Shown: positions 1 through 11,600 of the stretch, in pieces | Position numbering within the stretch: the stretch's first letter is position 1 | Layout of the letters: each line of letters opens with the position of its first letter | NCBI GenBank assembly: GCA_032718475.1 | Contig: JAUCBJ010001190.1 | Span: 1-50,939 of the forward strand | Length of the DNA stretch: 50,939 bases | Direction: 5' to 3' | DNA from: Nemertoderma westbladi | Taxonomy: Eukaryota > Animalia > Xenacoelomorpha | Notes under the pieces: model-generated | What the model was told of the DNA's origin: nothing | The model's database searches: none | What the model saw: only the letters and a program-made list of their open reading frames with translations | Translations under genes and position numbers: made by a program

Positions 1-167
1 ATATCAAGGTTATTCAACTTTGTTTCGAGTCACGGTTATCATCGTTGCTAAGTCCAATAGGAATCTCCAAAGGCCCCCTACCAACCAGCGATATATATGA
101 CTATGATATCAAGATATATATATTCCACTGTAGGGCTACCGTCACTGAGTTACTATTACACCCCGAC

Positions 168-500
168 AGTAGTAGGGTCTTGGGCGGCTTTGCGACAGTT
201 AGACAACACTGATGAACCATTGTGTGTCAGGGCGCCATCAGTCTGATTAATTAGGATAATCAATTAAACCCTAATTAGGAGTCGTAAGACACCTATTAGG
301 GTTTAATTGTACTAATTAATTGATGACATCTGTCAATTAGGGTCTAATTAGCCTAATTGGGAGGTGTCACCCCAGACAGTCTGGCTCCAATGATACCCAA
401 TAACAACCCTATGGGGATAATAGGGTGCCAATGGGTGTCATGTGTGTCATGTGTGTCAGTGAGGTCTAACTGTCGCAAAGCCGCCCAAGACCCTACTACT
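168..500. mobile_element. MITE with 37-bp terminal inverted repeats
   Basis: 168-204 AGTAGTAGGGTCTTGGGCGGCTTTGCGACAGTTAGAC is the exact reverse complement of 464-500. The interior is non-coding with a further inner inverted repeat (~260-310). Confidence 0.8.
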
Positions 501-764
501 CCCGACCAGTCATTAAAAGATATAGATTTCGCACCCTAGTACATAGTTAGTCATATTATTTTATAATTTAATAATATGGTGGTATTGTATGCATGTTGTT
601 TTGGTGTAATCAAATTTTGAAAATATATATTAAAATCACATATATTGTACTTAATAAAGGCAATCACAATTACAGTAGACACGAAATAATAATAATAATA
701 ATGCCACAAATTATAATAAGATTATAAGATTATTAGATAATATAAGATTATAAGATTATTGAAT

Positions 765-1047
765 ATAAAGAGTTAATTGTATTTAATTATTAATCAAGCA
801 CTTTAAGTAAAAACCTTACCGGTAGGTATGTCAGTGTCAAAGTATGTAAAAAACTAAAAATCAACAAGACCTAGACGTTGCATGCAATCAGTGATCAGCT
901 GACGGCAGCCAGCTGATCACTGATTGAATGCAACGTCTAGGTCTTGTTGATTTTTAGTTTTTTACATACTTTGACACTGACATACCTACCGGTAAGGTTT
1001 TTACTTAAAGTGCTTGATTAATAAATAAAATACAATTAACTCTTTAT
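765..1047. repeat. Near-perfect long palindrome (arms ~135 bp, 8-nt spacer)
   Basis: Arms read ...GCAATCAGTGATCAGCTG-acggcagc-CAGCTGATCACTGATTGAATGC..., with only a few mismatches over the arm length. Confidence 0.95.
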
Positions 1048-1165
1048 TATTGGATTTTCAAACTTCAACTTCAACTTCAATTATTAATATATAATATTAT
1101 CTAATCAAAAAACATTTTTTTATTTCAATTTTGATAATTGATATATTGTGAACTAAAATACTTAC

Positions 1166-1236
1166 CTAAAGGTAATTATTCCTCTACAATAATTCCTGTG
1201 AATATCAACGACCTTTAAAATCATATTTAGAATCAT
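1166..1236 (-). other. Candidate first exon of a divergently transcribed gene
   Basis: On the minus strand an ATG at 1236 reads MILNMILKVVDIHRNYCRGIITF and ends in a consensus donor AG|GTAAGTAT (intron starts at 1165). It lies directly downstream of the X-box cluster and may be UTR rather than coding. Confidence 0.4.
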
Positions 1237-1242
1237 TGTCTA

Positions 1243-1683
1243 GTCTACATAGCAACAGTTGTCATGGTAACTGTGGCCAGAAGAAACCCAGTTCAATAAA
1301 CCCACTGTGCACTATGTACGATACAGCGGGGGTATGTTGAAACAGTACAATCATATAGTCATAGAATGCTTTGGTAGCTGGTTGCTACAGTACATATGAT
1401 ATACTACAGTAGTTACCGTAGCAACGGTTGTCATCATAACTGTGACTCGAATTGTCGAATACAAGTTCAGTATGCGATATACTAAGGGAGTATGTTGATA
1501 CTGAGGTCGCATAATGGTTAAGTTGGTTTTTGCTATGGGCGTGAACCGAAGATTACTGTCCCTAGCAACGGTTACCAGTCGAATTCGCAATCATTGGTTT
1601 AGTCAAGTTTGGGGTAAATCCTGTAACCATTGTGTGTTTAAAACATGGCAGTTGCATGTAAATACCCCGGTAACCATGGTAAC
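1243..1683. promoter_or_regulatory. Cluster of RFX X-box-like motifs
   Basis: GTCTACATAGCAAC 1243-1256, GTTGTCATGGTAAC 1258-1271, GTTACCGTAGCAAC 1412-1425, GTCCCTAGCAAC 1558-1569 and GTAACCATGGTAAC 1670-1683 all resemble the X-box palindrome GTTGCCATGGCAAC. Confidence 0.65.
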
Positions 1684-2011
1684 ACGATTTATGAGAAATG
1701 CTCAAGGTTGTAGGGGCGACACCCTCCTAAATATTGTTTAGTAGGGTCTAATGAGTACAAAACCGATAAAACATTTTATGGGTATAAAAAAACACGGTTC
1801 ACCAAAATTTGTGCTATTTGCTGACGGACTACTAATTTCACATTGAATCACAGCTTTATTGTGAAATTAATTAAATTATTCTGGAACATCACCAATTTGC
1901 TACTTACTTTTCCCTACTGTTCCTTTTGTTTGGCTTGTGTTATGCAAATTTACGCAGAATTTCCACGAATAAACATATGATCCGCAAAATAAAAGTTTAT
2001 AGACACTATAT

Positions 2012-2335
2012 AGCGGAAGCAAATACATGCAACATTCGAATGTCCATATCTCAGATATTCCCAACCAAATTTGAATATTTGTACATATTATTTGTAATCC
2101 TTGCATATGGCCAGCTTTCCATTGCTGCCAACAAACTACAGTACTATAAGGTTGAATAATAACTGCAGTAGGACTGGAGCAAAATCGCCGGAGACACTTT
2201 TTTCAAACGCTTGTAGCTAAATATTGAAAGCGAAAATAAAAATTCTGGCTCACCCACTAAGGCAGAGGGAGGTGAAGCGAAACTATCGCTGTTTCAAATT
2301 TCATGCAATCTCACCAGGATTTGTAGAATTTTTTT
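2012..2335. repeat. Dispersed repeat, copy 1 (second copy at ~38422-38760)
   Basis: Shared blocks such as GGAGACACTTTTTTCAAACGCTTGTAGCTAAA and AAAGCGAAAATAAAAATTCTGGCTCACCCA; both copies end at a poly-G tract. Confidence 0.85.
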
Positions 2336-3194
2336 TGGGGGGGGGGGGATGAAGGGGGGGGGGGGGGGGGGCGTAGTACATGGTGTAGTTAGATGTGAGT
2401 TACTGCTGATGTGAATACGCTTTTATCCCTCTTACCCATCGATCAGCTGTTCGTATCTTATTGAGTCATACTTATTCATCTTCAGCAGTAGAGAATGGAT
2501 GGGGGGGGGGGGGGGGGGGGGCTGTGCCTTGTCCAATGTACATGGTGCTTTAGTGAAGACATGCCGAAGCTTCTTGTGTGATGTTGGTTTGATTCGTGAA
2601 TTGATATCAGAATAATTTTTGTATGCAAAATGCAATAGGTCTAGGCCTATAAAGAAAAATAAGATGAAAAGTGTAGGCCTATCGTGCCTGCGTACGATGT
2701 ATCAACAGCAGCTGTTTGGTGGCATTCATAATCCTGTAATCATGCGTTGCGTACCGGTATCGGAATTTCCACAATAATCAATCTTCCCATACTACTGTAC
2801 TGTACCTTGATTGCAGCAAGCGCAGTTAGACCTTAGCCTTAGACAGCCAGACAGTGAACCGAACAGAACATTTACTTCATACTTCCGGATAAACAGATAA
2901 AGCGATAAAAAATATATTCCTGTAGGCCTATTCACTAATTAGAATTACCGTACAGTCAGATTGTCAGACAGTACCGGTACCGGTATTCGGTATTCTGGTA
3001 TTATTGGGCTCCCCTACTCCTACTGTAGTACAGTCAGACAGTAGTAAGTGTAGTATTTACAGTATTCTGGTATTATGCATGTGTAGCGTAGCGTGTACGC
3101 TACGGCCAGACGGCAGTACGACTGTATGCAGGTATGTACATGTACGTGCAAACGTGTTGGTACAGTGGCATCAGCTGCGCTCCCCCATTGTACG

Positions 3195-4350
3195 ACAGTT
3201 TGCGGCAAGAAAGCGTTCACTTACTTGGGCCCAAAAATTTGGAACGAACTGCCTCAAAGCTTACAGGCTTAACGAACGTGAAAACTTTAGAAGTGTTCAA
3301 ACACAACCTCAAAGACTACTACCTACAGCAGCTGTTAAGCGAAAATGCAAATGAATACATTTATTATGATTATTAATTCATCAAACATTGTATTTTATTG
3401 AACTTCATAATTATTTATTTTATAGGCTATATTTTATATATTACAGTGTTTTTATTATTGCATTTATTGCTATTTTTTATTTTATTTTTCAGTTACTTTT
3501 AGCATTTCATTGGCGCCATTCCATTTTCATTACAATTTTGGTGCAAATAATATTGTCTGCCGCATAGAGCACAGGGACCCTTATGGAAACGAGGTGAAAC
3601 CTCATAAGGCTATCCCTCCATTTTAATCTAATATTGCACATTTTCTACTTGTTTTTTATTTTAAGGTTCTACTTGTTTTATTTTTTTTGTCTACCTTGTT
3701 TTATTTTGTCTACCTTGTTTTATTTTTGTCTACCTTGTTTTATTTTGTATACCTTGTTTTATTGTATAAAATTATACTGAGACTCCGAGTTAATTTTACT
3801 GTACATATGTGATAAGTTTTAAACTATGTGTTCGTATTTTATTGTACCTTGTTAAATAAATTTTATTGTACCTTGTTAAATAAATTTCATTGTATGTATG
3901 TGATACTACTTTTTAAACTGTAGTTACGTACTGATACTCCGAGTTAATTTTACTATACATAATATGTGAAAAGTTTTAAACTACGTGTTCGTATTTTATT
4001 GTACCTTGTTAAATAAATTTTACTGTACGTATGTGATACTACTTTTTAAACTGTAGCTACGTAACAGATATATTTTAAACTGTAAATTTTATTTTATTTC
4101 AAGTTTAATGTATGTATATACGGTACACGTGATTTATTGTAAACTACTGTACAGAGTTAGACCATTTATGATACCTAGGCAAGACAATTTTATTATATAA
4201 TTTCAAACATGTATTACCATCCATTAATTGACATAATTTACATAAAACAATGTAAAATAAATTACCGGTAAATTGTGATTTATATATATTATTTCAGTAT
4301 TGTGCAGTATGTATTTTTATATGGGAAAAAATTCAATCAATCAATCAATC
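3195..4350 (+). mobile_element. 3' remnant of a CR1/L2-group LINE
   Basis: Frameshifted ORF2 C-terminus (LLGPKIWNELPQSL / VKTLEVFKHNLKDYYL), a 3'UTR with stem-loop (GGGACCCTTATGG...CATAAGGCTATCCC) and internal tandem duplications, and a terminal (CAAT)n microsatellite at ~4334-4350. Confidence 0.6.
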
Positions 4351-5524
4351 AGGCAGAGTGGTAGGCAGGTTGACCTATCACCTACTGAGCTATCGCACCC
4401 ATGCAGCCATGACTGCATGCTCTCGGCATTAGGCCTATCTGATTAGGGCATGTAGGGCATTTTACTGATTCACGCATACTTGTATTTTAGGCAGATAGGC
4501 CTAGTTCTGTAGTTAGTTGTTACACTTACACGATGCACGAGTTACGGTTACGGTCAGACGGTATGTCTTAATGCAGTACCGGTAATGCGGGTTCAGAAAT
4601 TGAGATACACTTCGCGAGTTCGCGGACATCTGGCTGCTGGGCTGCACGTGCCTTTCAGTGATCTCATGTCAGTTTATACTGAAATAGGCCTAAGCCTGTA
4701 GGCCTAAGCTGTAAGCCATAGGTAATGTACCTGAAGTACAACCTGAAGAATAACTGTAATTCATATCAAAATTAATTCCGATAGGCCTATTGGAATGGAA
4801 GTCCAATTTTGACTTAGCAAGTTCCAAAACTAAACTCTAGGCTATATGGGGGCTAGTTTATATAGCAAGGTTCTAGGTCGGTCGGTGGTTAGGCTAGCTC
4901 TAATCGGCGCTATCGGATTATCACGCTGGACTTCTTTCAGCCTTTTGGCACACAACTCTGTACCTAGCTGCCTAGATCAGTAGAGTGTGGATTACGTTTT
5001 AGATAATCGAATCATTGCGACACAAGTTTATCTATGGTGATTTAATTGACCTAGGCCTACGTCGTCTACAGGTCTAGCTGCGTGTTAAATAACAAGGATT
5101 TTTATTTATAAACACAGGCAGACAGGTTAGTCAGTTATTGTTTAGTAATTATTTTTACATAATGACTTATTACAGTACCGTACCGGTATCTTATTTCTAT
5201 GACGGAAAATGTCTTAAATTTGTTATTTGTTCAATGTACCGTTATTACACTTTACGTTGAAGGTTGATAAATTAAAGTAACATTAGTTCGTGTCGATGTT
5301 CGTTGAATAGCCGGTATGGAAGTTTTTTAGTTTCATCTTGAAATTCAGTTTTATTTCTACTTACGTAGTGTTTAGTTTGATTTTTTTCTATAATTTGCGC
5401 CAGTAAGTCACCGGAAAATGTTTGTTTGTTTTCTTGTTGTCAGTGAATAATTGCAAATACATTTCATAAAAAAGACAAAGCTATTCAATTGGTCGTATAT
5501 CGTTTATTTTTAAGGATTGTTACT

Positions 5525-5638
5525 ATGACGACGTGTCAACATCTTGCTGATTTCCTCGACACACATGGTACAAAAAGTTTCCTTATTATCCATCGGAAAA
5601 TAATATTTAGCTCTTCCAAATCCGGATTAAAGAGAAAG
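5525..5638 (+). CDS. USP22: USP22 exon 1
   Basis: [38 protein letters not shown] followed by AAG|GTAATT; the CxHL...KRK pattern matches the USP22 N-terminus. Confidence 0.85.
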
Positions 5639-8600
5639 GTAATTGAATAGGCAATCAATTATTGTTATAAGTTTTTAACCATGAGTTTTAGGAAATAAAG
5701 CAAATGTTAATGTTATTGCACATTGTATTTGTATTGTGTATGAAAATCGGAGACAGGGGGGGAAACTGGACGCAAATCCCATCTCGGCGAATTAATATCC
5801 CGCCGCAATGTTAAATTCTCAATTTAGGGAAAGGAGCAGGTTACAGAGGCACGTTATTCTAACCAAAACAATAAACTAAAGTTAATAAATTACAGTTTTA
5901 TTTTTGGTAGTAATCAGCTGTTATTTGCGTCGAATTTCCCCTAGTTTTATGCAGGGCTCCACAAAATGCGGAAACTAGGTTTCCGGAAGATTCTGAAAAA
6001 TTCCGAAGATTTTTTAGATTTTTGACTCCCTAAAAACCTGAGATACAATGGAAATAGAATTTATGCACCTAAACAGTAATACTAAAACAATAAAAAACCC
6101 CCCAAAAGTAGATCGCATTTACAAAACCGATCAAAAAGGGATAAAACATGTTCTGAGAAAAGTAAAAAACTAATGTGAGATTTTTCGAAAATAATTTTTG
6201 TACAAATTTACTTTCAAAATTTCTGAATTTCATGTCAATATCTTATGGCCCAGTCAATTAAAAATGCTTCGGAATATCATTTATTTCCTAATCAATTACA
6301 ATCAATCTTATTGTTTAATCTTATATTTTGAACAATATAATAATGTCAGAATGTTGAAAAATTTACACAAATGATTGGGGACAACACCATTATCTCATTT
6401 AGGTTCAATTTATGATGTAGATAAAGATTGGTGATGCACATTTGTGCACAATATAATAGCTGCTGTTATTTTTACACGTGTCGACCCTTTGTCCAAGGGG
6501 CTCTTTCACATAGTTTTATAACCCTGTGTCCTAGTGCAGCATTCGAGGTGGAATCACCCAATTACATAACCACATTAGTTACATTGACTATTTATCACCG
6601 CTTTAGTGATATCCATATTTAGGTTACTTTAATTGGTTAGTTGTGTATCCCACGTCGTAAAACCCCAGAGTAAATCAAGTTTACTGGATATCTACCGGTT
6701 ATTACATAAAATATTTACTTTTTGGGACATCTTCTGAAAACCTGTAACTTTAATTTACTTTTATATTAGTTTTTAACACAAATTTTTATATTCTACTATA
6801 ACTTTTAAGAACCCCGATAGTGGCCTCATGCTTTTCTACATCAAGGCAGTATGAATCAGCTGATGGACCAGTACAGCCTGACTGGCTGATTCTGTATTAC
6901 AGTTTTGATTGTGGATAAACCTGTTTTGCATTACTACTACGATCGGCATGCTGCATTGCAGCTGCATCTGCGCCGCCTTGTCGACAAAATTGCACCGCCA
7001 CAACTCCCTATCACCCATGACATTTGCTAGATCATCCGCATCTTCAAGGCCAGTGTCCTTTAAGATGCGTCTCAAGAAAGTCATGGGCTGTCCACCATGC
7101 TTATTCACTCCATGAGGCTGCCAAAGTACACGATTATGCACTGGCTGGTCCTCACGACGAAAGCAATGTCCTGCAAAGCGGAGGCGACTTTGTTCTAGTG
7201 TCAAGCTTGGGGGAACCAATGGGACACCTCCAATGTTATATAGTGTCTGGTTGGAGATGTGTGCATTGTACTTGACACAATGAACCCGGCGTAGCATTCT
7301 TGTGAATGTGCCATCCAGAGATTTGGTGTCCTCGGCAGTTAGAGTCCAGCTTGGACTCCCATAGAGGAGTACTGGAACTACTGCTGCTCTAAATAATCGG
7401 ACCTTATATATCTATCACTTCCAAATCCTGGAAAGCCTATTCAAGGCTACCCATGCCTTTCCCTTACGTATTCGAAGGTCCTCACCTGACTTCCGGATCC
7501 ATGATCCCAGTGCGGATTAAGCCTCTGGTGGCCCTAAGCCACATTTTAGTAATTTCCAAAAATGGCCCGAAAATTGATATTTTTCCGCAAACCCTTTCAA
7601 AATAAAAAGCTGCTAAAAACAACTGAAATTGTGAAAATGTTGCGAAGGAAATATAAAGTATTTTCGTTGGATGACTGACTGCGTGCATATAACTACTAAT
7701 TACTTTAATAATAAGTACTTTGCAAAAATAGTTTTCATCAAGAATTGTAACATTACTAAACGGCATATTATGCCTATAAAACCTTTGCTATAAAATGTGT
7801 AATGGTTTTGGTAGAATTTCTCAAGCTTTAATTTTTTAATATATTAATGGGACCATTACTGCATTACCCAAAATCTATTTGTTTTATTTATAAAGCTACT
7901 ATTCTGAAACTTTAACACAATGATCTGTGACCAGTTTATATACTATGAAAACTGAATATAGATAGCTTCATAAACCATTTGTTCGAAAAATATGGCACTT
8001 TTTGAACTGGTCGGTTTTTTCAAAATTAGGTGCAAAAAAATTGTTACAAAATCGGCTCTAGAAAATCCAAATGGTTATATTTTACAAAACCAACGATAGT
8101 AGTCCTAAAGCTGCTGAACATTTTGGTATATGTTTATGGCAATTGAGTAAAAAATAAAATAGTAGTAGAATTTAGTGATGAAGAAAGTCAAAATCGACAA
8201 ACTGATAAAAAGGTTGTTTTATACAAAGAGTCATAAATATCAGCAATATAATTATGTTGTTGAAAAGAGCAGTTTTGAGGTCAAAAAATAATTCAATGTT
8301 GAAAACCGATATCACCTTATGAAAGCCCTTCTATCAAACTACAAAAATTGTGCAAATTTTCGAAATTTTCATTTCAGTGGTGGTTATAGTTGGCCCCCTT
8401 AACCCTATTAGTACCGGGCTATAAAATGCTGCACAAATACCGGGGGGGGGGGGGGGGGGGGGTCATATTGACCACTCCCTCTAAAATCTACAAATATTAT
8501 CGAAAACGTCTGATTATTTGTTTGTACGTAGGTATCACTAGTCTGGATCCGACCGAAAAAAAAAATTTCGAAAAAATGTACTGGGGTGGTAATATTGCAG

Positions 8601-11600
8601 CACCAAAATTACAAGTAGTGCACATTTTTCACAAAAATAGAAAGTAACATTTTTCGGCTAATTGTTTTTCAATAAATGATATGATTACCATAAATGGCTG
8701 TTTAGTCCTCTATGCGTAGGAAAAAAATGAAAAAAAAACAAGTAACCAGCACTTTTCAGTTAGAACACAAAATTTATAATTCACTTATACGATGATATAA
8801 ATTCACATTTTCAGGTTTTCTAGAGCGCTGATTCTAATTGAATACATTTCAAATATGCCAGATCATTGCTACTTGTATTTTTCGGCGTAATTTGGCAAAT
8901 TTTGGTGCTAGCACCATATTTCGTACCCATCACCAAAAAGTACAAGTTTGCGATGTCCAGTGCTGTTTTTATTGATTCCATCGGATTCAGGACCCTCATA
9001 AACCCGTATAACGCAAGAAACAAGATGATACTATCTTACTATCTACTGATCAATTTACTCATTTTCCAAAATTTGGTGCTGGCACAACAATTTTCACCCA
9101 CCGGCGAAAAATACAAGTTTGAAAACTCTTATGAAATTTTTACTGATTCCATTGAATTCAGAACCCTAACAAACCCGTATAACGCAAGAAACAAGATGAC
9201 ACAATCAATTGATATATTTGATGGTTTTCAAAATTTGGTGCTAGCACCACATTTTGCACCCACTTCCGAAAAATACAAGTTTGAGATGTCTAGTTCGATA
9301 ATTATATATTCCATTGAATTCAGAACAGCCATAAACCTCTAAAATGCAAGAAATAAATTGTCACAAGCAATTTTATCTATTGAATGGATTTTCAAAATTT
9401 CGTGCTAGCACCAAAATTTGCACACAGCACCGAAAAATACAAGTTTGATACGCTTGGTGCAACTCGTATATATTCCGTCGACACCAGAACCCCAAAAATC
9501 CCCAATTGCGTAATAAACAAGTTTCAATCAATCAATTTAAAAAATTGACATATTTCAAAATTTGGTGCTGGCACCAAAATTTGGCATCCGCCGAAAAAAG
9601 CAAGTTTGAAATTTCTAAATCAATTTATATGAATTCCATCCAATTGCTAACACCAAAAAACCGGTGTAAATCAAAAATAGAGATGTTACAATTAATATTT
9701 AATGAAATGTAATTTTCAAAAAACGTCTCAAAAAAAGTGCCAAAAGTAGGGTTAAAAATGGTGCTATAACTCGAAAACTTTCCAATATTTTTGAAAACGG
9801 TTTTCACTACTATGAAGACAATAGATTTTTAGAAAAGTCATAAAATTTCAGATTCCCAACTGCGTTTGTTTCAGAATTATAATAAAAAAACCACGGGGGG
9901 GTCATATTGACCCCCCCCCCCCCCCCCCCCGGGTTTGATAGGGTTAAGGCTGACTGGCTCCTGTAGGCATTTAGCAATTTTGATCGGATCGTGGGAATGT
10001 GTTATTTATTTTCTGTAGGGTAGGTTTTGCACGGTACTTATCTTTACAGGACTTGCTGAGAAATATAACACACCAAAAGTGTGGGTTTTGTGCAAAGATA
10101 TAATATTTCTTATCTAGATTTGGACTTGCTGAGAAAGAAATGTTCTCCGATAGAGAACAGTCTCGGAAATAAGTACTTTTTGTCACTAATTTTAATTTAC
10201 CAAATTCAATTATGCCGCCCAATTATGCTTTTAGGTTTTGCAGGAATTGCACTAAAAGGCCATCGAATGCAAAATTCAATACACGAGGGCAGAACATCTG
10301 AATTTCGGTTAAATTAAATTAGTGTCAAGAATTTATTTCTGACACGTTTTTTTTATCAACAACTATATTTTATCTATAATTAATTTATCATTTTTTTTTA
10401 TCTATTAGGGCCTATATTTATAAAACTCGTTTCCGGTAAAAAAAATTAATTTCGCACTACCATATCTCCACGCGCCATACATTTACTATGAACAGTATTT
10501 CCAGTATGTCACCACGTCATTATTTGGTTGTTCCAGAAAGTTTAAGAGCATAACTAATTCCCCACAAATAAATAAAATTATATTCTCCATTGTTCATAAT
10601 TAGCACTTTTAAGTTTCACTGCCCATGTTTTTATTATTTCCCTGCCATCAGGTCTCGAACTAATAACACAGCCCCTGTCGGTCAACTGAGCTAGAATTTT
10701 GCAGCACTTTCTATCAGAAATTTAGGGATAGAAAGTAGTCGAAAGATGCACTTTCTTGCTCTGTTTTCTATAAATTTTAGTGAGAAAAAATGTGGACTTT
10801 TCGGATAAAAATATTTTTTTCACAAGAATGACTCGCTGAGAAAAAATGGCCCGTATTTTCGGCTGGCCCTAAGGCACAACGTGCCTTATATGCCTTAAGG
10901 TTAATCCGGCACTGCATGATCCCAGGTAACAGAAGTCATCCACATGCTCAAGCATACCATCTTTTGAGCTTATGATCATCCGATCAGAAACTTGCTGAGG
11001 ACTTTCAAAGTTAACTGTCAAAATTTGGGTCTTTTTGGAGTGAACAAAAAGACCAACACTAGAAGCAGCTTTTTCTATGGCGGTGTTTTCTGGAGTATAA
11101 CTGTGTTGGTTTCATTCTAATAAAACAGTGTTTTGTACAGGTCTTTATTGTGTCTGTATCTGTATTTGTTCTGTATTATATTTTTAAATTTATTATCAAG
11201 TTAATAAATCAAGTTATGTTTGCAAAACACAATACGTGACAGCCACACATTTTATTGTGACATCGAGATTGCCAATTGGATGTCTCCACGAGAAAGAGCA
11301 CAAATTTTTAATTGAGAAGGTATTTTTTTTAATGATTATTGGACCTACTGATCAGTTTATAAGACAACTTCAAATTTCTGGAATAAAGACGGGACTTGAA
11401 TAAGCGACTCTGCGGTCATTGCAGGATTACACGGAGTAGACTTATCGGTCATCGGGGATCTTCAAAATGTATAATCTCCAGTTCTAGTGATCGTTTAGGC
11501 ACATTCGAAAGCTCTTTTCTCAAAGAATAAAGTTACCATTTGATTTAAGATAAAATGGATGTGAAGCAACATAACATGAATTTGGGTAAAATATGCCTTG

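Larger units (their letters stand above)
6931..11085 (-). mobile_element. RTE-like LINE 3' fragment split by a hAT-type insertion (6931-7507 and 10915-11085)
   Basis: Encodes [17 protein letters not shown]...LWQP and is near-identical to 14135-15625. The retrozyme target ATCCAGAGATTTG is empty here (~7313-7325). Confidence 0.85.

Noticed and set aside
205-240. CTGATGA near 208 as another hammerhead
   Set aside because: No stem II followed by GAAA and no closing stems.
2337-2522. Long poly-G tracts (also 8442, 9911, 26024, 34735, 38758, 47213) as regulatory G-quadruplexes
   Set aside because: They are frequent, mostly tied to repeat ends, and homopolymer lengths are unreliable; there is no specific evidence of function.
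8866-9342. 158-aa ORF with repeated segments
   Set aside because: It is a translation of the ~178-bp internal repeats of the piggyBac-like MITE, with no recognisable domain.
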